Below, one piece after another: positions 33,548 through 45,000 of a stretch of DNA of 64,000 nt. The position numbers and the translations under genes are program-made. The notes under the pieces were generated by a model that saw only the letters and a program-made list of their open reading frames with translations, did no database searches and was not told the origin of the DNA. Within the stretch, counting starts at the first letter, position 1. Every line of letters starts with the position of its first letter. This DNA comes from a bacterium (lineage in GTDB: Bacteria; Desulfobacterota; DSWW01), in NCBI GenBank assembly GCA_040756235.1, contig JBFLZG010000114.1, positions 73,125 to 137,124 of the forward strand. The letters run 5' to 3'.

Positions 33548-34699
33548 ATGTTCAAAAAGATCGCGTTCTTCAGGATCGCGATGCGATCCCTTCCCGGCTC
33601 CGCCGCATTCGTGCTCGCCTTCAGCCTCTCAGCCTCCGCCGGTCCTTACACGGAGACGGGCATCCAGAATACGAGCGCCTCCATCGTGGGTTGGGCCGAC
33701 GGCTACACCGACTTGATACGGGGGCCCATGGACATTGCGGACCCGGGAGGCGGGACCGTCACCTACGGATCTCCGCTGAACGCCGTCGGGCCCGCTTCCT
33801 GCTCTTACACGGATGTGGTCTCGCTCGGCGACGACGGCGAGATCACGATGACCTTCGATCCGCCGATCACGAACGGAGCGGGCGCGGACTTCGCGGTATT
33901 CGAGAACTCCTTCTATTCAGGCGGCAACCTCTTTGCCGAGCTGGCCTTCGTCGAGGTCTCTTCCGACGGGGTGCAGTTCGCCCGCTTTCCCGGCGTTTCC
34001 CTGACCTCCGGACCGGTGGACGGATACGGCACCCTCGATCCGACCAACGTCTTCAATCTCGCCGGCAAGCACCCGGGTTCGAACGTGACCCCTTGCCAGG
34101 GAACCCCGTTCGATCTCTCGCAGCTGGCCGCGGATCCGCTGGTCCTGGGCGGGCAGGTGGACCTCGGACAGATCCGCTACGTGCGGGTCGTGGATGTGAT
34201 CGGCGACGGCAGCACCTACGACGGTTCCGGAAGGCGCGTCTACGACCCCTATCCGACGAACTTCTCGCAAGGCGGCTTCGATCTGCAGGCGGTCGCGGTC
34301 CTGAACGAGCTCGCGTGCACGGATGACGACGAGGACGGATTCGCGGTCGAAGGCGGCGCCTGCGGCCCTGCCGACTGCGACGACGGAGACCCCCTGACCT
34401 ATCCGGGCGCGACTGAGGACCCCGGCCCTCCGGACCGCAACTGCAACGGTGACAGCGATTGCTTCATCGCCACGGCGGCTTTCGGAAGCCCTCTGTCCGG
34501 CAAGATCGATGTGCTCCGATCGTTCCGGGACGGAGTTCTCATGCGGTCTGCGGAAGGCAGAGCGCTGGTGGCCTTCTATTACCGCCACGCGCCGCCGTGG
34601 GCACACTGGATCGCTGAGCACGAAAGCCTCCGCTGGCTGGCCCGGGCGCTGCTCGCGCCGGTGATCGGCATGGCATGGATCCTGTCGGGCCTGGCATGA
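33548..34699 (+). CDS. secreted cell-surface protein with a metal-binding Asp/Cys motif and a CFI-box-CTERM tail
   Basis: Signal peptide; VSLGDDG...DFAVFEN...[11 protein letters not shown] domain; DEDGF...[15 protein letters not shown]...DRNCNG motif; [10 protein letters not shown]...LRSFRD...FYY...P tail. Confidence 0.8.
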   Translation: MFKKIAFFRIAMRSLPGSAAFVLAFSLSASAGPYTETGIQNTSASIVGWADGYTDLIRGPMDIADPGGGTVTYGSPLNAVGPASCSYTDVVSLGDDGEITMTFDPPITNGAGADFAVFENSFYSGGNLFAELAFVEVSSDGVQFARFPGVSLTSGPVDGYGTLDPTNVFNLAGKHPGSNVTPCQGTPFDLSQLAADPLVLGGQVDLGQIRYVRVVDVIGDGSTYDGSGRRVYDPYPTNFSQGGFDLQAVAVLNELACTDDDEDGFAVEGGACGPADCDDGDPLTYPGATEDPGPPDRNCNGDSDCFIATAAFGSPLSGKIDVLRSFRDGVLMRSAEGRALVAFYYRHAPPWAHWIAEHESLRWLARALLAPVIGMAWILSGLA

Positions 34700-36753
34700 G
34701 AGCCCGCACCTCGATGCGCTCTTCGAACCGACACGCATCCCGCCGGCTGTGCTTGCTTGTCGGGGCTCTCCTGGCTGCCGGCGTGGGACCGTTGGCAGGG
34801 GCTCCTGCTGAGCAGGAACCGCCGCCGCAGGCCCCCCCTGCCCGGACCGAAGCCCGGACCCCCTACGATCTCGAGCCCATCGTGGTCCGCTCCATTCGGA
34901 TCCGCCAAGCCGAACGGGACCCTTCTTCGTTCGCGAGCGTGGTCGAAGCCGCACCGTACAAAGCCCAGTTCCGAACGGTCCCGGATCTCCTCTCGCGACA
35001 GCCCGGTGTCCACCTCAGCCAGTTCGGCGGGTTGGGGCAGTTCAGCACGGTCTCGATCCGCGGGTCTTCGGCCGAGCAAGTGCTGGTCCTGCTCGACGGG
35101 ATCCCGCTGAACTCGGGCGAGGGCGGCAGCGTCGATCTCTCGTCCATTCCCCTCGAGGCCCTCGAGCGGATCGAGATCGTGCGCGGAGGGGGAAGCGCGG
35201 TCTACGGGCCCGACGCCATGGGCGGGGTCGTGAATCTGATCACGCGCAAGCCCGCCCCGGGCGAGGCCCCGCAGGTCGACGCTCAGGTCACCTACGGCTC
35301 CCTGGAAACGATCAAGGCGGCCGCCACGGCCACGGGCACCGCGGGAGGTCTGGGCTTCACGCTCAGCGCAACCCACCTTCAGAGCGAAGGGGATTTCGAG
35401 TTCGAGACCCTCGAGATCGAGACCGAGAACGGCCAGCCGCTGCAGAGGAGCCGGCAGGAGCAGCGCATCAACAACGACTTCTCTTCTCAGGACCTGCTGA
35501 CCCGAGTCACGTACGCTCCCTGGAAGAACCTGGAGCTGGACCTGAGCAACGAGCTCTTCTACACCGACCGGGGACAGCCCGGCTTCGGCGAGCGGCAGTC
35601 CGCCACCGCTCGGCAGAAGTACCTGCGCGACGCAACCTACCTGAAAGCATCGGTGCCGCGCTTCCTGGGAGATTCCTGCAGGCTGAACGGGACCTTGTTC
35701 CAGCGCTTCGACCGCATCTCGTTCGAGGACCCGGAGCCTGCCCTGGGGGCGCCGATCGACACGCTGAGCCGGGAGTACGCCTACGGCGGCCGGCTGGAGG
35801 CCGAGATCTACAGGCCCGTTCTGTCGAGCGACCACGTTGCGGCCCTCGGCTGGGACATCGAACAAGAGGAGCTTCGTGAAGAGGTGGCTGAAGGGCAGTC
35901 GGAGTTCGGGAGTCCCGGGAGGACAACAAACAGCCTCTACCTGCGCGACGAGGTCGTGCTGCCCGGAGGGAGGGTGAGCCTGCTGGGAGCCGGCCGCATC
36001 GAGCACAGCAGCGACGAAGGCGTCCATCCTTCCGGGAAGATCGGCCTGGTCTGGAAATTCCTGTGGAAGCTGCACTTCAAGGCCAACCTGGAGCGTGCCT
36101 ATCGGCGCCCGAGCTTCCGCGAGCTCTACCATCCGGACGAGGGTTGGATCCGGGGGAATCCGGGTCTGGATGCCGAACTGTCGACCGGCGGGGACTTCGG
36201 CCTGGGACTCAACCTGCCCAGGCTGTTTTTCGAAGCCAGCGGTTTCTACAACCGCATCGAGAACTCGATCCTGTGGCTGCCGGTCAGCGCCTTCACCCTC
36301 CAGCCGGTCAACACCGGCAGTGTCGAGAGCCTCGGGACCGAGATCGACCTCGAGGCAAAGCCCTGGGATTTCCTGAGTCTGCTGGCCAACTACACCTACG
36401 TGGACGCGCAAAGCGAGGAGACCGGTCTGCAACTGGCCGGCCGGCCGCGACACACCGTGAACGCGAGGGCCGCGCTTGAACGGACCTTCGGCAGCATCTA
36501 CAGCGAGGTTCAGTACGTCAGCCGCATCCCGGTCGTTCCCACGGGCGAGCTGACCCTGGGGTGGCGGACCGTGGTGGACGCGGGATTGAAGGCGAATCTC
36601 CTTTTCCTGCCCGGGCTCGAACGGCTGAAATGGGTCCGCAGCCTGAATGCGGGGTTGGACGTGAAGAACGTCGGCGACGTCTCTTTCCGTGATGCACAAA
36701 ACTTTCCGCTGCCCGGCAGGTTGTTTCTGGGGACCCTGGAGGCGCGTTTCTGA
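34696..36753 (+). CDS. TonB-dependent receptor (BtuB-like by context)
   Basis: Plug motifs [16 protein letters not shown] and [28 protein letters not shown]-terminal [17 protein letters not shown] overlap with the upstream gene. Confidence 0.9.
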   Translation: MRARTSMRSSNRHASRRLCLLVGALLAAGVGPLAGAPAEQEPPPQAPPARTEARTPYDLEPIVVRSIRIRQAERDPSSFASVVEAAPYKAQFRTVPDLLSRQPGVHLSQFGGLGQFSTVSIRGSSAEQVLVLLDGIPLNSGEGGSVDLSSIPLEALERIEIVRGGGSAVYGPDAMGGVVNLITRKPAPGEAPQVDAQVTYGSLETIKAAATATGTAGGLGFTLSATHLQSEGDFEFETLEIETENGQPLQRSRQEQRINNDFSSQDLLTRVTYAPWKNLELDLSNELFYTDRGQPGFGERQSATARQKYLRDATYLKASVPRFLGDSCRLNGTLFQRFDRISFEDPEPALGAPIDTLSREYAYGGRLEAEIYRPVLSSDHVAALGWDIEQEELREEVAEGQSEFGSPGRTTNSLYLRDEVVLPGGRVSLLGAGRIEHSSDEGVHPSGKIGLVWKFLWKLHFKANLERAYRRPSFRELYHPDEGWIRGNPGLDAELSTGGDFGLGLNLPRLFFEASGFYNRIENSILWLPVSAFTLQPVNTGSVESLGTEIDLEAKPWDFLSLLANYTYVDAQSEETGLQLAGRPRHTVNARAALERTFGSIYSEVQYVSRIPVVPTGELTLGWRTVVDAGLKANLLFLPGLERLKWVRSLNAGLDVKNVGDVSFRDAQNFPLPGRLFLGTLEARF

Positions 36754-37180
36754 TCCGGGTAGCGAAAGACAAACCGAGGAGCGCCGTATGCCATCACTCT
36801 TCCCTAACTGCGCGCCGGCGCAAATGTGCCAACGTATTCCTCCGGGGCAACGAGCTGGCGATTCACCGATACCAGGCCTTCTGACAAGTTACGTGCGGTG
36901 GGTGCATCGCCCTCGATCGTCTCGGGCTCAAAACGCTCCGGCCGGTTCTCCTCCCAAAGGTCGGAGACTGTGGCCCTTCGGGCGTCTCGCCCTTTTCGTC
37001 CCTCGTTCCGGGCCGGGTGTGTCGGGGCACACCGCCCGGCCCGAAAATCGGGCCAGAGGACGGGATATCGAGAAGCAGACCTGCGTTCCCCGGCCTGTCG
37101 GAACTCGGGACGCCCTCCGCGACTCGCCCTCGCCTCCTCGGGCGAACACCCACCGCACGGGCTCTGAGCAGCGCGGCGGT

Positions 37181-38587
37181 GTGCGGTTTGCTGAGATTCT
37201 ACGCCTAAGAGGTTGGGCCTTGCCGGACCGGCAATGGGCCGCTTTTCTCCCTCTTCTCGCGATCGCAACCGCTCTGGCGGGGTGCGGCGGAGGCAGCGTC
37301 CTGGAAGTGAGCGTCGGCAAGGAGGGCGAGACCATCATCGGCAGCCCCCTTCCCTCCAACATTCAGATCTCCCGGGTTCAGGGATTGAACCGCTTCGCGT
37401 TCGTGATCACGACGGCGCCGCCGCTCGGGATCTTCCGCTACGATTTGAACGCGAGCGCTCCGTACCCGTTCGTCTATCTGGACCTTTTCGGCAAGATCGG
37501 CGGGGTGCCCGACGAGCTCGTGCTGGTCGACGAGGACCAGGGCCTGTTCACGACCAGCGGAGGCTTTGCCGGACAGGGCGAGGGGGTCCATCTGTTCGAC
37601 CCGACCCCTCCGGCTCCGGAGGATTTCGCGCTGCAGGCGAGCGTGCCAGTGTTTCGGGTAGCGCTGGACCCTGCGCGAACGGATTCCGCCGGCAACCTCG
37701 TTTCCGTGATCGACCCTTCCTACACCTCGGGAGCTGCGGTCGTCGGCGGCAAGCTCTATGTCTGCACGTCCAATTTCACGGCCGTGGGCGGCAACCCGGT
37801 CTGCCCGCCGGGCACGGTGCTGGTCTATAGGTGGGACTCGAGCCGGGATCCGCCTTCGATCGCTCCTTCGGACCCGCCGCACCTCGTGACCACCGCCTTC
37901 AACCCGACGGAGGTCACCGCTCTGGATGACCGGATCGTCCTGGTCACCAACAGCGGCGTGCTGGCCATTCGCGAAGCCCGGGCCGTGCCCCTGACCGAGG
38001 CGAGCGTGGACGTGATCGACACCGCCCTGGACTGCGTGGTCGGGACCTACCCGCTGGGGCTGACGGCCCTCTCCTACAAGGCCGTCGGCATCACGCCGGA
38101 CCGCACCAGGGCCCTGGTGGGCAGCGTCGCGTTCAATGCCGTCTATGAGCTTGACCTGACGGTGCTCGCGGACCGGCCGGAAAGCTGTCCGGACCCGATC
38201 CCGCGGCTTGATGGAGCGGTCCTGGCCGGACCCGAGGACCCGATCCTCATCGGCAGCAGCGGCGCGGCCGGTGCGAGGACGGCCGATTTCGTCGTCCAGG
38301 TCGTATTGAGCGAAGATGGAACCCGCGCTTACGCAACGGGATACAACTCCGGGACGCTTTCGGTGCTCGATGTCGAGCTCGAACCGGGCAGACCGAGCCC
38401 GAAGATGCCGGCGCTCGTCCTTGCCCTTACCCCGGCTCTCGACCCGGAGGACCCGACCCAGAAAGACGTGGGTCCGGGGCCGCTCGCCGTCCGCCCCGGC
38501 ACGCCCGGGACGGACTTTTCGGGTCCGGATCTGTTTGTCCTCATCGGACTGCCCACCGGCAAGATGTTCGGGGTGAAGACCTACTGA
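37181..38587 (+). CDS. hypothetical beta-propeller lipoprotein
   Basis: Lipobox LAGC; YVTN-like blades (KLYVCTSN, SVDVIDT, RAYATGYNSGTLSVLD); start uncertain, GTG 37181 chosen. Confidence 0.65.
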   Translation: MRFAEILRLRGWALPDRQWAAFLPLLAIATALAGCGGGSVLEVSVGKEGETIIGSPLPSNIQISRVQGLNRFAFVITTAPPLGIFRYDLNASAPYPFVYLDLFGKIGGVPDELVLVDEDQGLFTTSGGFAGQGEGVHLFDPTPPAPEDFALQASVPVFRVALDPARTDSAGNLVSVIDPSYTSGAAVVGGKLYVCTSNFTAVGGNPVCPPGTVLVYRWDSSRDPPSIAPSDPPHLVTTAFNPTEVTALDDRIVLVTNSGVLAIREARAVPLTEASVDVIDTALDCVVGTYPLGLTALSYKAVGITPDRTRALVGSVAFNAVYELDLTVLADRPESCPDPIPRLDGAVLAGPEDPILIGSSGAAGARTADFVVQVVLSEDGTRAYATGYNSGTLSVLDVELEPGRPSPKMPALVLALTPALDPEDPTQKDVGPGPLAVRPGTPGTDFSGPDLFVLIGLPTGKMFGVKTY

Positions 38588-38755
38588 TAAAGCTTGTTGC
38601 GGCGCATGCCGACAGAGCCTGTTCCCGTGGCCTCATCCTGACAGCCAGGGCAAAGGTCAAAGGGTTGTAGGTTGAGGGTTTCGCTCTGCTTTGACCGTTT
38701 CCCGTTCTCCTCGACGTGCGGTGGCAGCGAGCCTCTCGGCGCCCTCCTCAATAGT

Positions 38756-38971
38756 TGACCGGTCATTTACAGAAGTTAATCGACTTCGGATGCTCTGCGC
38801 CTCCTCTCCTGATTTTATGACCGGCGAGTGCAACAACCTCACTCCTCTGCGCATCTCATTTCCAGATTATGTCCTCCTTTAGCCGTCTTGGACGCGCTGC
38901 ACAAATCCTGATCTCACTTGACTTGTAACCCCGTTTCATCGTATGTTGTGAAAATATAACTGACCGGTCAG
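38756..38971. promoter_or_regulatory. PKS operon promoter with repeated TGACCGGTCA palindromes
   Basis: TGACCGGTCA at 38756-38765, CTGACCGGTCAG at 38960-38971 and a degenerate copy at 38818; TTGACT(38918)-N18-TATGTT(38942). Confidence 0.55.
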
Positions 38972-39037
38972 CTTTAGCGCCTCTAGTTTGCGCTCGTATA
39001 CGTCTGCTGAAGGGGAACGGAGCGAGGAGGAAGAAGA

Positions 39038-42000
39038 ATGAGCACAGACGAAGCCCGGCAGCTCGGCAAGGCACTGGACGTCGCGATCGTCGGCCTCGGC
39101 GGCATCTTCCCGGATGCACCCGGGATCGGTGCGTTCTGGGCGAACATCCGAGGGGGACGAAACTCCATAGCCGAGATCCCCCCGGAGCGGTGGGACCCGC
39201 AGGTCTTCTTCCACCCGGATCGCCACGCCCCTGACAAGACCTACTGCAAGATAGGGGCATTCATCCGCGGCTTCAAATTCGATCCTCTGCGTTATCAGAT
39301 CCCGCCCAGGACCGCCAGGCAGATGGACCGGTCCCAGCAACTGGCGATCGCCGCCGTGGAGGAGGCCATTCAGGATGCCGGGCTCTGTCGAGAGGTCCTG
39401 AGGGAGAAGAGCACCGCGGTGATCCTGGGGAACACACTGGGAGGTGAAAGCATAGACCGTTCCGCCCTGAGGGTCTATGCCTCGTGGATGGCCCGGGAGC
39501 TGGCCGCCAGAGGGCTGGGCCCGCCCGCAAAGACGAACGGGTCTCTCGAGTCTTCGATTTGCGAGATCCTCGATCAGCTCGCCCCTGCCCTGAACGAGGA
39601 TTCCCTGCCGGGCGAGCTGCCCAACGTCATCGCCGGGCGCGTCGCCGCGGTCTTTGACCTCCACGGCCAGAGCTGCGTCGTGGACGCGGCCTGCGCCTCG
39701 GCCATGGCGGCGGTCGCGCAAGCAGTGCGCGTCCTGCGCATGGAAGAGGCGGACCTCGCCATCAGCGGCGGCGTGGACAGCAACATGTCTCCTTCGGTGT
39801 TCGTGAAGTTCTCCAAGATCGGTGCGCTCTCCCCGGACGGCAGCCGCCCCTTCGACCGGAAGGCGAACGGATTCGTGATGGGTGAAGGGGCAGGGATCCT
39901 CGTCCTGAAGAGGCTGGAAGATGCGATCCGCGACCGGGACCGGATCTACGCCGTGATCAAGGGCGTGGGCGCCTCTTCGGACGGCAAGGGGAAGGGGATC
40001 ACGGCACCCAACCCCGAGGGCCAGCGGCGCGCGATCGAGGCAGCCTTCCGCACTGCCGGGATCTGCCCTTCGACCGTCGGCCTGGTCGAGGCCCATGGCA
40101 CGGCGACCCCGGTGGGCGACCGTACGGAGCTTTCGGTCCTGGAGGGTTTCTGGAAGTCCGCCGGGGCCGCGTCTCAGGGGACGGCGATCGGCTCGATCAA
40201 GTCCCAGATCGGCCATCTCAAGAGCGCCGCAGGGGCGGCCAGCCTGGTCAAGACGGCCCTGGCGGTCCATCACGGCATCCTGCCGCCTTCGATCAACTGC
40301 CCCGAGCCCCTCCCGTCCCTGTGCAATGGAAGCCCTTTCTTCATCCCTTCGAGCGAGATGCCCTGGCCATCGGGAGACCGGCCCCGGAGGGCCGCCGTTT
40401 CCGCTTTCGGTTTCGGAGGTACCAACTTCAGCATCGTGCTGGAGCAGGCCCCGAGCGCCTCTCCTGCCAGGTGCAACAAGAACAAGCCGGAAAAGGAGAA
40501 ATCCATGCCTGTCGAGGTCCGTGCAACCCCCGCCCCCCGGTTTTACCCGATCGTGGCCGCAGATCGGAGCCGTCCCGCGCTGCGCCGCAAGCTCGAAGAT
40601 CTGTGCGCGCGCTTCCGCACCTGTGAAGATCTGCGGGAATGGTCGGAGCGGGAGCGGACGCCGGCCGGTTCGGACCGGTTCCGAGTGGCGCTGGCTGCGG
40701 CGACCCCCGAGGATCTTCGCGCGAGGATCCAACCGGTTCTTGCCATGCTGGAAGATCCGAGCAGGGACGAGCTGGCTGCGGCGAGAGGCATCCATGTCGT
40801 TGCAAATCCATGCGGACAGGACGCCAAGGTGGCGTTCCTGTTCCCCGGCCAGGGGTCGCAGTATGCCTTCATGCTGCACGATCTCAAAGAGACGTATCCG
40901 ATCGTGCGGAAGACCTTCGAAGAGGCCGATACCGTTCTCGCCGGGCTCTTGGACAGGCCTCTGAGCCGCTACATCTTTTCCGAGGAGGACCGGGAAGGAG
41001 CCGAGGACTACCTGCGTCAGACCCGGATCACCCAACCCGCAGTGCTGGCGGCAGATACCGCTATGTTCCGCCTGCTCACCTCATTGGGGATCTCTCCCGA
41101 CATGGTGGCCGGCCATTCGCTGGGCGAGTACGGCGCCTGCGTGGCAGCCGGCGTCCTGAGCTTTCCGGACGCCCTGCATGCCGTGTCCTTGCGCGGTAAG
41201 GCCATGGCGGAGATCGACGTTCCGGATCCCGGGAAGATGGTCGCGGTCGTGGCAGACGAGAGCACCGTTCTTCGCCTGGCGCAGGGGATCCCCGGCTATC
41301 TGGAGATCGCCAACAAGAACGGTCCCCTGCAGATGGTCGTGGCCGGAGAGTCGCAGCCCATACAGGTATTCCAGGAGAAGTGCGCTCGCGCGGGGATCAA
41401 CTCGGTCGAGCTGAACGTCTCGGCGGCCTTTCACAGCAAGATCGTGGCCGTGGCCAAGGGCCCCTACGGCAGAGTCCTCCGGGAGCTCGAGATGCGGCCC
41501 CCGCGCATCCCCATCTACGCCAACCTCACGGGAGATCTCTACCCCGCGGACGCAGGAGCGACGGGAAAGATCCTGGAGCTTCTCAACGAGCAGTTTGCGG
41601 CCCCGGTCGAGTGGATCAAGACCATGGAAAACATGTATTCGGACGGCGCGCGGGTCTTCATCGAATGCGGGCCCAAGAAGGTGCTCTCGAACCTGGCCCG
41701 CATGAACCTGGAGGGAAGGCCGGCCCTGGTGCTCGACAGCAACCATCCGAAGAAGCCGGCGCTCGAGCAGCTCTGCTCCCTGGTCGCTCTGCTGCGCGCA
41801 AACGGGCGGGAGGCGCATTGGCCCGGCGGCAACGGATCTTTCCCGCGGGAGATCGGAATCCCGGCTCCGTCGCCAGCGAGGGTGCCGGCACCGGCGACGG
41901 AACAGGCTGCCTCTTCAGCCGCTGGCAAGGAAACCCAACCCGGGCGCAGCCAGAGCTCCCCGAAAGAGCGCAGCCAGAGCTCCGGAGCCGGAGGAGCCGC

Positions 42001-45000
42001 TTTTCCGGTGATGACCGGCTATTCGCTCGGGTTTCCGAGCTTCGAGAGAGGGCTTTTCGACCCCATGAACATGGCCGAAGTGATGCAAGGAAGGGGCTTC
42101 ATCAGTCCGCTCTCGGACGAAGAAAGACACAAGGTTCTCGACAAGGGCGTGCGGCGGCTGGAGAAGAAGCCGGACGGCGAGACGTACTTCCACGACGTCG
42201 AAGCCCTCGAAGAGGTGATTCAGCTGGCCGGCATCAAGGGCCCGTTCGACCTGGTCGAGGAGTACGGGGTGGACGAGCGTCTGGCCAAGTACATGGATGC
42301 AAGCTCCAAGATGGCCATTGCTGCGGCCCTGGAGGCGCTCCGGGACGCGGGCATCCCCCTGGTGAGGAGCTACAAGCGGACCAAGTCAGGCCGCCTGCTC
42401 CCCGGGCAGTGGATGCTTCCCGAATCGCTCCGCGACGAAACCGGAGTGATCTTCGCTTCCGCCCTTCCCAACGGCGACACCCTGGTCGAGGAGGTCACGG
42501 CGTACCTGAAGGCCAAGCTCAACGCCCATGCGCGCAAGCTGTGGGTGGACTCCGTTTCCTCGATCCTTCCCAAGCTGCGCGACCCGGATGCGCGGGATCT
42601 GATCGGCCAGTGGTTTTCGGAGACGTTCGCCCAGCTGAAGAGCGAGATCGGGGACGACGCGTACCACATCACGGACGGGTTCCTTTTCAAGGCCTGCACC
42701 CTCGGACATGCCCAGGTGGCGCAGTACGTGGGAGCGCGAGGGCCGAACACCAACGTCAACGGCGCCTGCGCCTCGATGGCCCAGGCCGTCATCATTGCCC
42801 GGGATTGGATCGTCACGGGAAGGGCCAAGAGGGTCCTCGTCGTGGGGGCGGACGACTCCACGAATCAGACTCTTCTGCAGTGGGTCGGCACCGGGTTTCT
42901 GGCCTCCGGCGCGGCGAGCACGAAAGCCCGCGTCGAAGAGGCCGCGCTCCCCTTCGACAATCGGCGCAATGGGATGATCCTGGGCAGCGGTGCGGTGGGG
43001 GTGGTCCTCGAGGCAGACGAGGAGGCCGAGCATCGCGGCGTGAAGCCGGTCGCGAGGCTGATCGAGACCGAGTTCGCCAACAGTGCCTATCACGTGTCCC
43101 GGCTGGAGGTCGACCACATCGCGGCCGTGATGGAGAGGATGATCTCCCGCTGGGAACGCGAGTCGGGCGGAGACCGGCACGCGCTAGCCCGGGACCTGAT
43201 TTTCATGTCTCACGAGACCTACACGCCCAAGAGAGGGGGCAGCGCCCAGGCGGAGGTGGAAGCGTTGAAACGCGTCTTCGGCCCGGCACACAAGGACATC
43301 CTGATCACCAACGTGAAGGGCTATACCGGACACCCTCTGGGGGGTGGACTGGAGGAGGGGGTCGTGCTGGCCTGTCTGGAGCAGGGCCAGGTGCCGCCGC
43401 TGCCGAACTTCCGGGAAGTCGATCCGGAGTTGGGTGAGCTCAATTACAGCAAGGGAGGCCCCCACAAGTTCAAGCATGCGCTCCGTCTGGCCGCGGGCTT
43501 CGGCTCCCAGATCTGCCTCACGCTCGTGGAGTACGCGGGTCGAACCCCGGACGATAAGGTCCTCCCTCGTTACCAGGAGTGGCTGCGGGAGGTGGTGGGA
43601 AGCCCCCGGGTCGAGCTGGAGGTCGTCAAGAATGTCCTCCGGGTGGCGGAAAACGGCTCGGATCAGAAGGAGGCCCCGAGCGATTCTCCTGCTGCACCCG
43701 CTGCGGCGGCTTCGATTCCCGCCGCACGGCCGGACCCGGTTCCGCCGACCCGGGCGGCGCAGCCGCAGGAGGGACCGCGGGCACCTTCCCGGCGCGAACC
43801 CGTAGAGAAGCCCGGCAGATCGGCAACTGGCGAACAGGACGTACTCGAAGAGGTCATCGGCGCGCAGTCAGGCCCGCAGCCGATCAACGGTGAGAATGCG
43901 GTTGCCGAGGCGGTGCTGTCCTTGGTCGCGGAGAAGACCGGGTACCCTCCTGACATGCTGGATCTCGACCTGGATCTGGAGGCCGACCTGGGGATCGACA
44001 CGATCAAGCAGGCCGAGCTGTTCGGCGAGATCCGCAAGGCGTTCGCCCTGCCTCCGGCCGAGGGGCTCAAGATCGCCGACTTCCCGACGCTCAGGCGCGT
44101 CATCCAATGGGCCGAGGGCCGGCTGGCCGCTAACCTTCCAACCGCTCCACTCCCACCGGCTCAACTCACCGATCCGGTGCGGGAAGTAGATTCTTCGAAA
44201 GCGGCCCCGCAGCCGCTGCCGGGGCAGGTCCGAACAACAACAGAGGCACCCGCCGGGAAGCAAGACCTGCTGCTTCCCGCGGCCGAGCCGAAGGGCGCCG
44301 CAGAAGGGGAGGTTACAGCGTCGATCCTCTCGATGGTCGCGGAAAAGACCGGGTACCCTCCCGACATGCTGGATCTCGACCTGGATCTGGAGGCCGACCT
44401 GGGGATCGATACGATCAAGCAGGCCGAGCTGTTCGGCGAGATCCGCAAGGCGTTCGCCCTGCCTCCGGCCGAGGGGCTCAAGATCGCCGACTTTCCCACG
44501 CTGCGGCGCATCGTCCGCTGGGTCGAGGGCCGGATCGCCGAATCCGCCGGGTCCGCCGGACCCGGGGAGGCCGGGCAGCAGGCCGTTGCCAGCGAAACCG
44601 GGGGACCCTCCCTCTCGATGATCGATACGCTCGTTCCCGTTCCGGTCGACCTGCCTGACGTGTCAAAAGAGTCTCCCGTGCCGGAACCCGGGTGCGTGCT
44701 CCTGGCCGGCGGCCCGGAGGAGCTGTGCATTCTCCTCTCCCGGAGCCTCCAGGCGCGCGGGATTCGGTGCGTGAGGGCGGCCAGAGACGTTCTCCTTCAG
44801 GACGACTCCTGGCTCCGGGGGCTTGCCGGGACCCCTGAAGCGGGGGTCGTCAACCTGCTCGGCCTGGAGCCGGGGCCGCAATCGGTCTACGCCACGTTCG
44901 CTCTGAACCGGGCACTGGCCGCGCAGCACGAGGTGACGCCTACCCGGATCCTGGCGGTCATCGCCATGGGCGGATCCTTTCTCCTCGGCTCCTCGAGCCT

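Noticed and set aside
41944..41983. Short direct repeat GCGCAGCCAGAGCTCC x2 in the PKS
   Set aside because: A 24-bp-period duplication in a flexible interdomain linker with no evident function.
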